Source: the human T2T-CHM13v2.0 reference genome, Homo sapiens. From it: 64,000 bases of DNA. Positions 29,601 through 46,100 of this stretch are shown here, piece after piece. The translations under genes were made by a program, and so were the position numbers. The notes under the pieces were generated by a model that did no database searches, had not been told where the DNA came from, and saw only the letters and a program-made list of their open reading frames with translations. The stretch lies in the NCBI RefSeq assembly GCF_009914755.1, contig NC_060927.1. One strand, written 5' to 3'. How positions within the stretch are numbered: the first letter of the stretch is position 1; every line of letters begins with the position of its first letter.

Positions 29601-32600
29601 ATATTTTATTCTGTACATAAAATAACAAAGTACACCAGATATATATTTTATAGTGTACATAAAATATGAAATTACCCAAACTATACATTACATACTGTAC
29701 ATAAAATATGGAATTACATCAAATATATATTATATTAGGTACGTAAAATGTGAAAGTACATCAAATATAGATTAGATACCATACATAAAATTTAAAGGAA
29801 CCCCAAATATATATGATATACTGTACATGAAATATCAAAGTTCACAAACTGTATATTATATACTGTAGATAAAATATCAAAGTACCCAAGGTATATATTC
29901 TATACTGTACAAAAAATATCAAAGTACCCAAAGCATGTATTATATACTGTACATAAAATATGAAAGTACATCAAATATATATTTTATTCTGTACATAAAA
30001 TAACAAAGTACACCAGACATATATTTTATAGTGTACATAAAATATCAAAGTACCCAAACTATACATTACATACTGTACATAAAATATGGAATTACATCAA
30101 ATATATATTATATTAGGTACGTAAAATATGAAAGTACATCAAATATAGATTATATACCATACATAAAATATAAAGGAACCCCAAATATATATGATATACT
30201 GTACATGAAATATCAAAGTTCACAAACTATATATTATATACTGTAGATAAAATATCAAAGTACCCAAGGTATATATTCTATACTGTAAAAAAAATATCAA
30301 AGTACCCAAAGCATGTATTATATACTGTACTTAAAATATGAAAGTACATCAAATATATATTTTATTCTGTACATAAAATAACAAAGTACACCAGATATAT
30401 ATTTTATAGTGTACATAAAATATGAAATTACCCAAACTATACATTACATACTGTACATAAAATATGGAATTACATCAAATATATATTATATTAGGTACGT
30501 AAAATATGAAAGTACATCAAATATAGATTAGATACCATACATAAAATATAAAGGATCCCAAAATATATATGATATTCTGTACATGAAATATCAAAGTTCA
30601 CAAACTATATATTATATACTGTAGATAAAATATCAAAGTACCCAAGGTATATATTCTATACTGTAAAAAAAAATCAAAGTACCCAAAGCATGTATTATAT
30701 ACTGTACATAAAATATGAAAGTACATCAAATATATATTTTATTCTGTACATAAAATATCAAAGTACACCAGATATATATTTTATAGTGTACATAAAATAT
30801 CAAGGTACCCAAACTTTACATTATATACTGTAGATAAAATATGGAATTACATCAAATATATATTATATTAGGTACGTAAAATATGTAAGTACATCAAATA
30901 TAGATTATATACCATACATAAAATATAAAGGAACCCCAAATATATATGATATACTGTACATGAAAAATCAAAGTTCACAAACTATATATTATATACTGTA
31001 GATAAAATATCAAAGTACCCAAGGTATATATTCTATACTGTAAAAAAAATATCAAAGTACCCAAAGCATGTATTATATACTGTACATAAAATATGAAAGC
31101 ACATCAAATATATATTATATTAGGTACATAAAATATGAAAGTACATATAATATAGATGATATACTGTACATAAAATATCAAAGTAGCCCAAATATATATT
31201 ATACAGTGTACATGAAATATCAAAATTTACAAAATATGTATTATATAATGTACATAAAATATCAAAGTACCCAAAGCAAGTATTATATACTGTACATAAA
31301 AGATGAAAGTACATCAAATATATATTTTATTCTGTACATAAAATATCAAAGTACACCAGATATATATTTTATAGTGTACATAAAATATCAAGGTACCCAA
31401 ACTATACATTATATACTGTACATAAAATATGAAATTACATCAAATATATATTATATTAGGTACGTAAAATATGAAAGTACATCAAATATAGATTATATAC
31501 TGTACATAATATATAAAAGAACCCCAACTATATATTATATACTGTACATGAAATATCAAAATACACAAACTATATATTATATACTGTACATAAAATATCA
31601 AAGTACCCAAGGTATATATTCTATACTGTACAAAAAATATCAAAGTACCCAAAACATGTATTATATACTGTACATAAAATATGAAAGTACATCAAATATA
31701 TATTTTATTCTGTACATAAAATAACAAAGTACACCAGATATATATTTTATAGTGTACATAAAATATGAAATTACCCAAACTATACATTACATACTGTACA
31801 TAAAATATGGAATTACATCAAATATATATTATATTAGGTACGTAAAATATGAAAGTACATCAAATATAGATTATATACCATACATAAAATATAAAGGAAC
31901 CCCAAATATATATGATATACTGTACATGAAATATCAAAGTTCACAAACTATATATTATATACTGTACATAAAATATCAATGTACCCAAGGTATATATTCT
32001 ATAGTGTACAAAAAATATCAAAGTACCCAAAGCATGTATTATATACTGTACATAAAATATGAAAGTACATCAAATATATATTTTATACTCTACATAAAAT
32101 AACAAAGTACACCAGATATATATTTTATAGTGTACATAAAATATGAAATAACCCAAACTATACATTACATACTGTACATAAAATATGGAATTACATCAAA
32201 TATATATTATATTAGGTACGTAAAATATGAAAGTACATCAAATATAGATTATATACCATACATAAAATATAAAGGATCCCAAAATATATATGATATTCTG
32301 TACATGAAATATCAAAGTTCACAAACTATATATTATATACTGTAGATAAAATATCAAAGTACCCAAGGTATATATTCTATACTGTAAAAAAAACATCAAA
32401 GTACCCAAAGCATGTATTATATACTGTACATAAAATATGAAAGCACATCAAATATATATTATATTAGGTACATAAAATATGAAAGTACATAAAATATAGA
32501 TGATATACGGTACATAAAATATCAAAGTAGCCCAAATATATATTATACAGTGTACATGAAATATCAAAATTTACACAATATATATTATATAATATACCTA

Positions 32601-35600
32601 AAATATCAAAGTACCCAAAGCAAGTATTATATACTGTACATAAAAGATGAAAGTACATCAAATATATATTTTATTCTGTACATAAAATATCAAAGTACAC
32701 CAGATATATATTTTATAGTGTACATAAAATATGAAGGTACCCAAACTATACATTATATACTGTACAAAAAATATGGAATTACATCAAATATATATTATAT
32801 TAGGTACATAAAATATGAAAGTACATCAAATATAGATTATATACCATACATAAAATATAAAGGAACCCCAAATATATATGATATACTGTACATGAAATAT
32901 CAAAGTTCACAAACTGTATATTATATACGGTAGATAAAATATCAAAGTACCCAAGGTATATATTCTATACTGTAAAAAAATATCAAAGTAGCCAAACATG
33001 TATTATATACTGTACATAAAATATGAAAGTACATCAAATATATATTTTATTCTGTACATAAAATAACAAAGTACACCAGATATATATTTTATAGTGTACA
33101 TAAAATATGAAATTACCCAAACTATACATTACATACTGTACATAAAATATGGAATTACATCAAATATATATTATATTAGGTACGTAAAATATGAAAGTAC
33201 ATCAAATATAGATTATATACCATACATAAAATATAAAGGAACCCCAAATATATATGATATACTGTACATGAAATATCAAAGTTCACAAACTATATATTAT
33301 ATACTGTAGATAAAATATCAAAGTACCCATGGTATATATTCTCTAGTGTAAAAAAAATATCAAAGTACCCAAAGCATGTATTATATACTGTACATAAAAT
33401 ATGAAAGCACATCAAATATATATTATATTAGGTACATAAAATATGAAAGTACATAAAATGTAGATGATATACTGTACATAAAATATCAAAGTAGCCCAAA
33501 TATATATTATACAGTGTACATGAAATATCAAAATTTACAAAACATATATTATATAATGTACATAAAATATCAAAGTACCCAAAGCAAGTATTATATACTG
33601 TACATAAAAGATGAAAGTACATGAAATATATATTTTATTCTGTACATAAAATATCAAAGTACACCAGATATATATTTTATAGTGTACATAAAATATCAAG
33701 GTACCCAAACTATACATTATATACTGTACATAAAATATGGAATTACATCAAATATATATTATATTAGGTACGTAAAATATGAAAGTACATCAAATATAGA
33801 TTATACACCATACATAAAATATAAAGTAACCCCAAATATATATGATATACTGTACATGAAATATCAAAGTTCACAAACTATATATTATATACTGTAGATA
33901 AAATATCAAAGTTCCCAAGGTATATATACTATACTGTAAAAAAAATATCAAAGTACCCAAAGCATGTATTATATACTGTACATAAAATATGAAAGCACAC
34001 CAAATATATATTATAGTAGGTACATAAAATATGAAAGTACATAAAATATAGATGATATACTGTACATAAAATATCAAAGTAGCCCAAATATACATTATAC
34101 AGTGTACATGAAATATCAAAATTTACAAAATATATATTATATAATGTACATAAAATATCAAAGTACCCAAAGCAAGTATTATATACTGTACATAAAAGAT
34201 GAAAGTACATCAAATATATATTTTATTCTGTACATAAAATATCAAAGTACACCAGATATATATTTTATAGTGTACATAAAATATCAAGGTACCCAATCTA
34301 TACATTATATACTGTACATAAAATATGAAATTACATCAAATATATATTATATTAGGTACGTAAAATATGAAAGTACATCAAATATAGATTATATACTGTA
34401 CATAATATATAAAAGAACCCCAACTATATATAATATACTGTACATGAAATATCAAAGTTCACAAACTATCTATTATATACTGTAGATAAAATATCAAAGT
34501 ACCCAAGGTATATATTCTATACTGTAAAAAAAATATCAAAGTACCCAAAGCATGTATTATATACTGTACATAAAATATGAAAGTACCTCAAATATATATT
34601 TTATTCTGTACATAAAATAACAAAGTACACCAGATATATATTTTATAGTGTACATAAAATATGAAATTACCCAAACTATACATTAGATACTGTACATAAA
34701 ATATGGAATTACATCAAATATATATTATATTAGGTACGTAAAATATGAAAGTACATCAAATATAGATTATATACCATACATAAAATATAAAGGAACCCCA
34801 AATATATATTATATACTGTACATGAAATATCAAAGTTCACAAACTATATATTATATACTGTAGATAAAATATCAAAGTACCCAAGGTATATATTCTATAC
34901 TGTAAAAAAAATATCAAAGTACCCAAAGCATGTATTATATACTGTACATAAAATATGAAATTACATCAAATATATATTTTATTCTGTACATAAAATAACA
35001 AAGTACACCAGATATATATTTTATAGTGTACATAAAATATGAAATTACCCAAACTATACATTACATACTGTACATAAAATATGGAATTACATCAAATATA
35101 TATTATATTAGGTACATAAAATATGAAAGTACATCAAATATAGATTATATACCATACATAAAATATAAAGTAACCCCAAATATATATGATATACTGTACA
35201 TGAAATATCAAAGTTCACAAACTATATATTATATACTGTAGATAAAATATCAAAGTAACCAAGGTATATATTCTATACTGTAAAAAAAATATCAAAGTAC
35301 CCAAAGCATGTATTATATACTGTAAATAAAATATGAAAGTACATCAAATATATATTATGTTAGGTACGTAAAATATGAAAGTACATCAAATATAGATTAT
35401 GTACCATACATAAAATATAAAGGAACCCCAAATATATATGATATACTGTACATGAAATATCAAAGTTCACAAACTATATATTATATACTGTAGATAAAAT
35501 ATCAAAGTACCCAAGGTATATATTCTATACTTTACAAAAAATATCAAAGTACCCAAAGCATGTATAATATACTGTACATAAAATATGAAAGTACATCAAA

Positions 35601-37559
35601 TATATATTTTATTCTGTACATAAAATAACAAAGTACACCAGATATATATTTTATAGTGTACATAAAATATCAAAGTACCCAAACTATACATTACATACTG
35701 TACATAAAATATGGAATTACATCAAATATATATTATATTAGGTACGTAAAATATGAAAGTACATCAAATATAGATTATATACCATACATAAAATATAAAG
35801 GAACCCCAAATATATATGATATACTGTACATGAAATATCAAAGTTCACAAACTATATATTATATACTGTAGATAAAATATCAAAGTACCCAAGGTATATA
35901 TTCTATACTGTAAAAAAAAATCAAAGTACCCAAAGCATGTATTATATACTGTACATAAAATATGAAAGTACATCAAATATATATTTTATTCTGTACATAA
36001 AATAACAAAGTACACCAGATATATATTTTATAGTGTACATAATATATGAAATTACCCAAACTATACATTAAATACTGTACATAAAATATGGAATTACATC
36101 AAATATATATTATATTAGGTACGTAAAATATGAAAGTACATCAAATATAGATTAGATACCATACATAAAATATAAAGGAACCCCAAATATATATGATATA
36201 CTGTACATGAAATATCAAAGTTCACAAACTATATATTATATACTGCAGATAAAATATCAAAGTACCCAAGGTATATATTCTATACTGTAAAAAAAATATC
36301 AAAGTACCCAAAGCATGTATTATATACTGTACATAAAATATGAAAGTACATCAAATATATATTTTATTCTGTACATAAAATAAAAAAGTACACCACATAT
36401 ATATTTTATAGTGTACATAAAATATGAAATTACCCAAACTATACATTACATACTGTACATAAAATATGGAATTACATCAAATATATATTATATTAGGTAC
36501 GTAAAATATGAAAGTACATCAAATATAGATTATATACCATACATAAAATATAAAGGAACCCAAAATATATATGATATTCTGTACATGAAATATCAAAGTT
36601 CACAAACTATATATTATATACTCTAGATAAAATATCAAAGTACCCAAGGTATATATTCTATACTGTAAAAAAAATATCAAAGTACCCAAAGCATGTATTA
36701 TATACTGTACATAAAATATGAAAGCACATCAAATATATATTATATTAGGTACATAAAATATGAAAGTATATAAAATATAGATGATATACTGTACATAAAA
36801 TATCAAAGTAACCCAAATATATATTATACAGTGTACATAAAATATCAAAATTTACAAAATATATATTATATAATGTACATAAAATATCAAAGTACCCAAA
36901 GCAAGTATTATGTACTGTACATAAAAGTTGAAAGTACATCAAATATATATTTTATTCTGTACATAAAATATCAAAGTACACCAGATATATATTTTATAGT
37001 GTACATAAAATATCAAGGTACCCAAACTATACATTATACACTGTAGATAAAATATGGAATTACATCAAATATATATTATATTAGGTACGTAAAATATGTA
37101 AGTACATCAAATATAGATTATATACCATACATAAAATATAAAGGAACCCCAAATATATATGATATACTGTACATGAAATATCAAAGTTCACAAACTATAT
37201 ATTACATACTGTAGATAAAATATCAAAGTACCCAAGGTATATATTCTATACTGTAAAAAAAATATCAAAGTACCCAAAGCATGTATTATATACTGTACAT
37301 AAAATATGAAAGCACATCAAATATATATTATATTAGGTACATAAAATATGAAAGTACATAAAATATAGATGATATACTGTACATAAAATATCAAAGTAGC
37401 CCAAATATATATTATACAGTGTACATGAAATATCAAAATTTACAAAATATATATTATGTAATGTACATAAAATATCAAAGTAACCAAAGCAAGTATTATA
37501 TACTGTACATAAAACATGAAAGTACATCAAATATATATTTTATTCTGTACATAAAATAT

Positions 37560-40500
37560 CAAAGTACACCACATATATATTTTATAGTGTACATAAAATA
37601 TCAATGTACCCAAACTATACATTACATACTGTACATAAAATATGAAATTACATCAAATATATATTATATTAGGTACCTAAAATATGAAAGTACATCAAAT
37701 ATAGATTATTAACTGTACATAAAATATCAATGTACCCCAAATATATATTTAATACTCTACATGAAATATCAAACTTCAGAAACCATATATTGCATACTGT
37801 ACATAAAATATCAAAATACCCAAGGTATATATTCTATACTGTACAAAAAATATCAAAGTAACCAAACATGTATTATATACTGTACATAAAATATGAAAGT
37901 ACATCAAATATATATTTTATTCTGTACATAAAATATCAAAGTACACCAGATATATATTCTATAGTGTACATAAAATATCAAAGTACCCAAACTATACATT
38001 ATACACTGTACATAAAATATGAAATTACATCAAATATATATTATATTAGGTACATAAAATATGAAAGTACATCAAATATAGATTATATACTGTACATTAA
38101 ATACCAAAGTACCACAAATATATATTTTATACTGTACATGAAATTTCAAAGTTCACAAACTATATATTATATACTGTACATAAAATATCAATGTACACAA
38201 GGTATATATTCTATACTGTACAAAAAATATCAAAGTACCCAAAGCATGTATTATATACTGTACATAAAATATGAAAGTACATCAAATATATATTTTATTC
38301 TGTACATAAAATATCAAAGTACACCAGATATATATTCTACAGTGTACATAAAATATCAAAGTACCCAAACTATACATTATATACTGTACATAAAATATGA
38401 AATTACATCAAATATATATTATATTAGGTACATAAAATATGAAAGTACATCAAATATAGATTATATACTGTACATAAAATATCAAAGTACCCCAAATATA
38501 TATTATATACTCTACATGAAATATCAAAGTTCACAAACTATATATTATATACTGTACATAAAATATCAAAGTACCCAAGGTATATATTCTATACTGTACA
38601 AAAAATATCAAAGTACCCAAAGCATGTATTATATACTGTACATAAAATATGAAAGTACATCAAATATATATTTTATTCTGTACATAAAATATCAAAGTAC
38701 ACCAGATATATATTCTACAGTGTACATAAAATATTAAAATACCCAAACTATACATTATATACTGTACATAAAATATGAAATTACATCAAATATATATTAT
38801 ATTAGGTACATAAAATATGAAAGTACATCAAATATAGATTATATACTGTACATAAAATATCAAAGTACCCCAAATATATATTATATACTCTACATGAAAT
38901 ATCAAAGTTCACAAACTATATATTATATAATGTACATAAAATATCAAAGGACCCAAGGTATATATTCTATAATGTACAAAAAATATCAAAGTACCCAAAG
39001 CGTGTATTATATACTGTATATAAAATATGAAATTACATCAAATATATATTTTTCTCTGTACATAAAATATCAAAGTACACCAGATATATATTCTACAGTG
39101 TACATAAAATATCAAAGTACCCAAACTATACATTATATACTGTACATAAAATATGAAATTACATCAAATATATATTATATTAGGTACATAAAATACGAAA
39201 GTACATCAAATATAGATTATATACTGTACATAAAATATCAAAGTACCCCAAATATATATTATACACTCTACATGAAATATCAAAGTTCACAAACTATATA
39301 TTATATACTGTACATAAAATATCAAAGTAACCAAGGTATATATTCTATACTGTACAAAAAATATCAAAGTACCCAAAGCATGTATTATGTACTGTATATA
39401 AAATATGAAAGTACATCAAATATATATTTTATTCTGTACATAAAATATCAAAGTACACCAGATATATATTCTATAGTGTACATAAAATAACAAAGTACAA
39501 AAACTATAAAATATATACTGTACATAAAATATGAAATTACATCAAATACATATTAGGTACATAAAATATGAAAGTACATCAAATATAGATTATATACTGT
39601 ACATAAAATATCAAAGTACCCCAAATATATATTATATACTCTACATGAAATATCAAAGTTCACAAACTATATATTATATACCGTACATAAAATATCAAAG
39701 TACCCAAGGTATATATTCTATACTGTACAAAAAATATCAAAGTACCTAAAGCATGTATTATATACTGTATATAAAATATGAAAGTACATCAAATATATAT
39801 TTTATTCTGTACATAAAATATCAAAGTACACCAGATATATATTCTATAGTGTACATAAAATAACAAAGTACACAAACTATAAATTTATACTGTACATAAA
39901 ATATGAAATTACATCAAATATATATTAGGTACATAAAATATGAAAGTACATCAAATATAGATTATATACTGTACATAAAATATCAATGTAACCCAAATAT
40001 ATATTTTATACTCTACATGAAATATCAAAGTTCACAATCCATATATTATATACTGTACATAAAATATCAAAGTACCCAAGGTATATATTCTATACTATAC
40101 AAAAAATATCAAACTACCCAAAGCATGTATTACATACTGTACATAAAATATGAAAGTACACCAAATATATATTTTATTCTGTACATAGAATATCAAAGTA
40201 CACCAGATATATATTCTATAGTGTACATAAAATATCAAAGTACCCAAAATATACATTATATACTGTACATAAAACATAAAATTACATCAAATATATATTA
40301 TATTAGGTACATAAAATATGAAAGTACATCAAATATAGATTATATACTGTACATAAAATATCAAAGTACACCAAATATATATTATATACTCTACATGAAA
40401 TATCAAAGTTTACAAACTATATATTATGTACTGTACATAAAATATCAAAGTACCCAAGGTATATATTCTATACTGCACAAAAAATATCAAAGTACCCAAA

Positions 40501-43100
40501 GTATGTATTATATACTGTATATAAAATATGAAAGTACATCAAATATATATTTTATTCTGTACATAAAATATCAAAGTACACCAGATATATATTCTATAGT
40601 GTACATAAAATAACAAAGTACAAAAACTATAAATTATATACTGTACATAAAATATGAAATTACATCAAATATATATTAGGTTCATAAAATATGAAAGTAC
40701 ATCAAATATAGATTATATACTGTACATAAAATATCAATGTACCCCAAATATATATTTTATACTCGACATGAAATATCAAAGTTCACAAACCATATATTAT
40801 TTAGTGTACATAAAATATCAAAGTACCCAAGGTATATATTCTATACTGTACAAAAAATATCAAAGTACCCAAAGCATGTATTATATACTGTACATAAAAT
40901 ATGAAACTACATCAAATACATTTTTTATTCTGTATATAAAATATCAAAGTACACCAGATATATATTCTATAGTGTACATAAAATATCAAAGTACCCAAAC
41001 TATACATTATATACTGTACATAAAATATGAAATTACATCAAATATATATTATATTAGATACATAAAATATGAAAGTACATCAAATATAGATTATATACTG
41101 TACATATAATATCAAAATACCCCAAATATATATTATATACTGTACATGAAATATCAAAGTTCACAAACTATATATTATATACTGTACATAAAATATCAAA
41201 GTACCCAAGGTATATATTCTATACTGTACAAAAAATATCAAAGTACCCAAAGCATGTATTATATACTGTACATAAAATATGAAAGTACATCAAATATATA
41301 TTTTATTCTGTACATAAAATATCAAAGTACGCCAGATATATATTCTATAGTGTACATAAAATAACAAAGTACACAAACCATAAATTATATACTGTACATA
41401 AAATATGACATTACATCAAATATATATTAGGTACATAAAATATGAAAGTACATCAAATATAGATTATATACTGTACATAAAATATCAATGTACCCCAAAT
41501 ATATATTTTATACTCTACATGAAATATCAAAGTTCACAAACTATATATTATATACTGTACATAAAATATCAAAGTACCCAAGGTATATATTCTATAGTGT
41601 ACAAAAAATATCAAAGTATCCAAAGCATGTATTATATACTGTATATAAAATATGAAAGTACATTAAATATATATTTTATTCTGTACATAAAATATCAAAG
41701 TACACCAGATATATATTCTATAGTGTACATAAATTAACAAAGTACACAAACTATAAATTATATACTGTACATAAAATATGAAATTACATCAAATATATAT
41801 TAGGTCCATAAAATATGAAAGTACATCAAATATAGATTATATACTGTACATATAATATCAATGTACCCCAAATATATATTTTATACTCTACATGAATTAT
41901 CAAAGTTCACAAACCATACATTATATACTGTACATAAAATATCAAATTACCCAAGGTATATATTCAATAGTGTACAAAAAATATCAAAGTACCCAAAGCA
42001 TGTATTATATACAGTACATAAAATATGAAAGTACATCAAATATATATTTTATTCTGTACATAAAATATCAAAGTACACCAGATATATATTCTATAGTGCA
42101 CATAAAATATCAAAGTACCCAAACTATACATTATATACTGTACATAAAATATGAAATTACATCAAATATATATTAGGTACATAAAATATGAAAGTACATC
42201 AAATATAGATTATATACTGTACATAAAATATCAAAGTACCCCAAATATATATTATATACTCTACATGAAATATCAAAGTTCACAAACTATATATTATATA
42301 CTGTACATAAAATATCAAAGTACCCAAGGTATATATTCTATACTGTACAAAAAATATCAAAGTACCCAAAGCATGTATTATATACTGTACATAAAATATG
42401 AAAGTACATCAAATATATATTTTATTCTGTACATAAAATATCAAAGTACACCAGATATATATTCTATAGTGTACATAAAATAACAAAGTACACAAACTAT
42501 AAATTATATACTGTACATAAAATATGAAATTACATCAAATATATATTAGGTACATAAAATATGAAAGTACATCAAATATAGATTATATACTGTACATAAA
42601 ATATCAAAGTACCCCAAATATATATTATATACTCTACATGAAATATCAAAGTTCACAAACTATACATTATATACTGTACATAAAATATCAAAGTACCCAA
42701 GGTATATATTCTATACTGTACAAAAAATATCAAAGTATCCAAAGCATGTATTATATACTGTATATAAAATATGAAAGTACATTAAATATATATTTTATTC
42801 TGTACATAAAATATCAAAGTACACCAGATATATATTCTATAGTGTACATAAAATAACAAAGTACACAAACTATAAATTATATACTGTACATAAAATATGA
42901 AATTACATCAAATATATATTAGGTACATAAAATATGAAAGTACATCAAATATAGATCATATACTGTACATATAATATCAATGTACCCCAAATATATATTT
43001 TATACTCTACATGAAATATCAAAGTTCACAAACCATACATTATATACTGTACATAAAATATCAAAGTACCCAAGGTATATATTCTCTACTGTACAAAAAA
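37560..43100 (+). repeat. HSat1A variant domain I: CTCTACATG-type 9-mers with 373-bp units (5-bp deletion in m7)
   Basis: CTCTACATG at the m9/m1 junction in most units. m7 ATATATATTAGG deletion at ~39550, 39920, 40670, 41420, 41795, 42170, 42540, 42915. ORF spacings are 372/373 and 751. Confidence 0.8.
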
Positions 43101-46100
43101 TATCAAAGTACCCAAATCATGTATTATATACTGTACATAAAATATGAAAGTACATCAAATATATATTTTATTCTGTACAAAAAATATCAAAGTACACCAA
43201 ATATACATTCTATAGTGTACATAAAATATCAAATTACCCATACTATACATTATATACTGTACATAAAATATGAAATTACATCAAATATATATTATATTAG
43301 GTACATAAAATATGAAAGTACATCAAATATAGATTATATACAGTACATAAAATACCAAAGTACCCCAAATATATATTTTATACTGTTCATGAAATATCAA
43401 AGTTCACAAACTATATAGTATATACTGTACATAAAATATCAAAGTACCCAAGGTATATATTCTATACTGTACAAAAAATATCAAAGTACCCAAAGCATGT
43501 ATTATATACTGTACATGAAATATCAAAGTACATCAAATATATATTTTATTCTGTACATAAGATATCAAAGTAAACCAAATATATATTCTATACTGTACAT
43601 AAAATATCAAAGTACCCAAACTATACATTATATACTGTACATAAAATATGAAATTACATAATAATATATTATATTAGGTACATAAAATATGAAAGTACAT
43701 CAAATATAGATTATATACTGTACATAAAATATCAAAGTACCCCAAATATATATTATATACTGTACATGAAATATCAAAGTTCACAAACTATATATTATAT
43801 ACTGTACATAAAATATGAGTATACACAAGGTATATATTCTATATTGTACAAAAAATATCAAAGTACCCAAACCATGTATTATATACTGTACATAAAATAT
43901 GAAAGTACATCAAATATATATTTTATTCTGTACATAAATTATCAAAGTACACCAAATATATATTCTATAGTCTACATAAAATATCAAAATACCCAAACTA
44001 TACATTATATACTGTACATAAAATATGAAATTACATCAAATATATATTAGATTAGGTATATAAAATATGAAAGTACATCAAATATAGATTATATGCTGTA
44101 CAAAAAATATCAAAGTACCCCAAATATACATTATATACTCTACATGAAATATCAAAGTTCACAAACTATATATTATATACTGTACATAAAATATCAAAGT
44201 ACCCAAGGTATATATTCTAGACTGTACAAAAAATATCAAAGTACCCAAAGCATGTATTATATACTGTACATAAAATATGAAAGTACATCAAATATATATT
44301 TTATTCTGAACATAAAATATCAAAGTACACCAAATATATATTCTATAGTGTACATAAAATATGAAAGTACCCAAACTATACATTATATACTGTACATAAA
44401 ATATGAAATTACATCAAATATATATTATATTAGGTACATAAAATATGAAAGTACATCAAATACAGATTATATACTGTACATAAAATACCAAAGTACCCCA
44501 AATATATATTTTATACTGTACATGAAATATCAAAGTTCACAAACTATATAGTATATATTGTACATAAAATATGACTATACCGAAGGTATATATTCTATAC
44601 TATACAAAAAATATCAAAGTACCCAAAGCATGTATTATATACTCTACATAAAATATGAAAGTACATCAAATATATATTTTATTCTGTACATAAGATATCA
44701 AAGTAAACCAAATATATATTCTATACTGTACATAAAATATCAAAGTACCCAAACTATACATTATATACTGTACATAAAATATGAAATTACATAAAAATAT
44801 ATTATATTAGGTACATAAAATATGAAAGTACATCAAATACAGATTATATACTGTAAATAAAATATCAAAGTACCCCAAATATATATTATATACTGTGCAT
44901 GAAATATCAAAGTTCACAAACTATATATTATATACTGTAAATAAAAGATGAATATACCCAAGGTATATATTCTATACTGTACAAAAAATATCAAAGTTCC
45001 CAAACCATGTATTATATACTTTACATAAAATATGAAAGTACATCAAATATATATTTTATTCTGTACATAAAATATCAAAGTACACCAGATATATATTCTA
45101 TAGTGTACATAAAATATCAAAGTACCCAAACTATACATTATATACTGTACATAAAATATGAAAGTACATCAAATATATATTATATTACGTACATAAAATA
45201 TGAAAGTACATCAAATATAGATTATATACTGTACATAAAATATCAAAGTACCCCAAATATATATTATATACTGTACATGAAATATCAAAGTTCACAAACT
45301 ATATATTATATACTGTACATAAAATATGAATATACCCAAGGTATATATTCTATACTGTACAACAAATATCAAAATACCCAAAGCATGTATTATATACTGT
45401 ACATATAATATGAAAGTACATCAAATATATATTTTATTCTCTACATAAAATATCAAAGTACACCAAATATATATTCTATAGTGTACATAAAATATCAAAG
45501 TACCCAAACTATACATTATATACTGTACATAAAATATGAAATTACATCAAATATATATTACATTAGGTACATAAAATATGAAAGTACATCAAATATAGAT
45601 TATATACTGTACATTAAATACCAAAGTACCCCAAATATATATTATATACTGTACATGAAATATCAAAGTTCACAAACTATATATTATACACTGCACATAA
45701 AATATCAAAGTACCCAAGGTATATATTCTATACTGTACAAAAAATATCAAAGTACCCAAAGCATGTAATATATACTGTACATAAAATATGAAAGTACATC
45801 AAATATATATTTTATTCTGTACATAAAATATCAAAGTACACCAAATATATATTCTATAGTGTACATAAAATATCAAAGTACCCAAACTATACATTATATA
45901 CTGTACATAAAATATGAAATTACATCAAATATATATTATATTAGGTACATAAAATATGAAACTACATCAAATATAGATTATATACTGTCCATAAATTACC
46001 AAAGTACACCAAATATAAATTTTATACTGTATATGAAATATCAAAGTTCACAAACTATATATTATATACTGTACATAAAATATCAAAGTACCCAAGGTAT

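Larger units (their letters stand above)
9260..37560 (+). repeat. HSat1A variant domain IV (first block): homogeneous G-type 9-mers interspersed with 210-bp 5-mer cassettes
   Basis: Co-occurring diagnostic variants in most units: TATGGAATTAC (m7), AGGTACGTAA, ATACCATACAT, TAAAGGAACCCC, ATATGATATAC, CTGTAGATAAAA, ATAACAAAGTACACCAG. These produce the repeated 71-aa ORF ...KYGITSN...IPYIKYKGTPNIYDIL. Confidence 0.85.
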
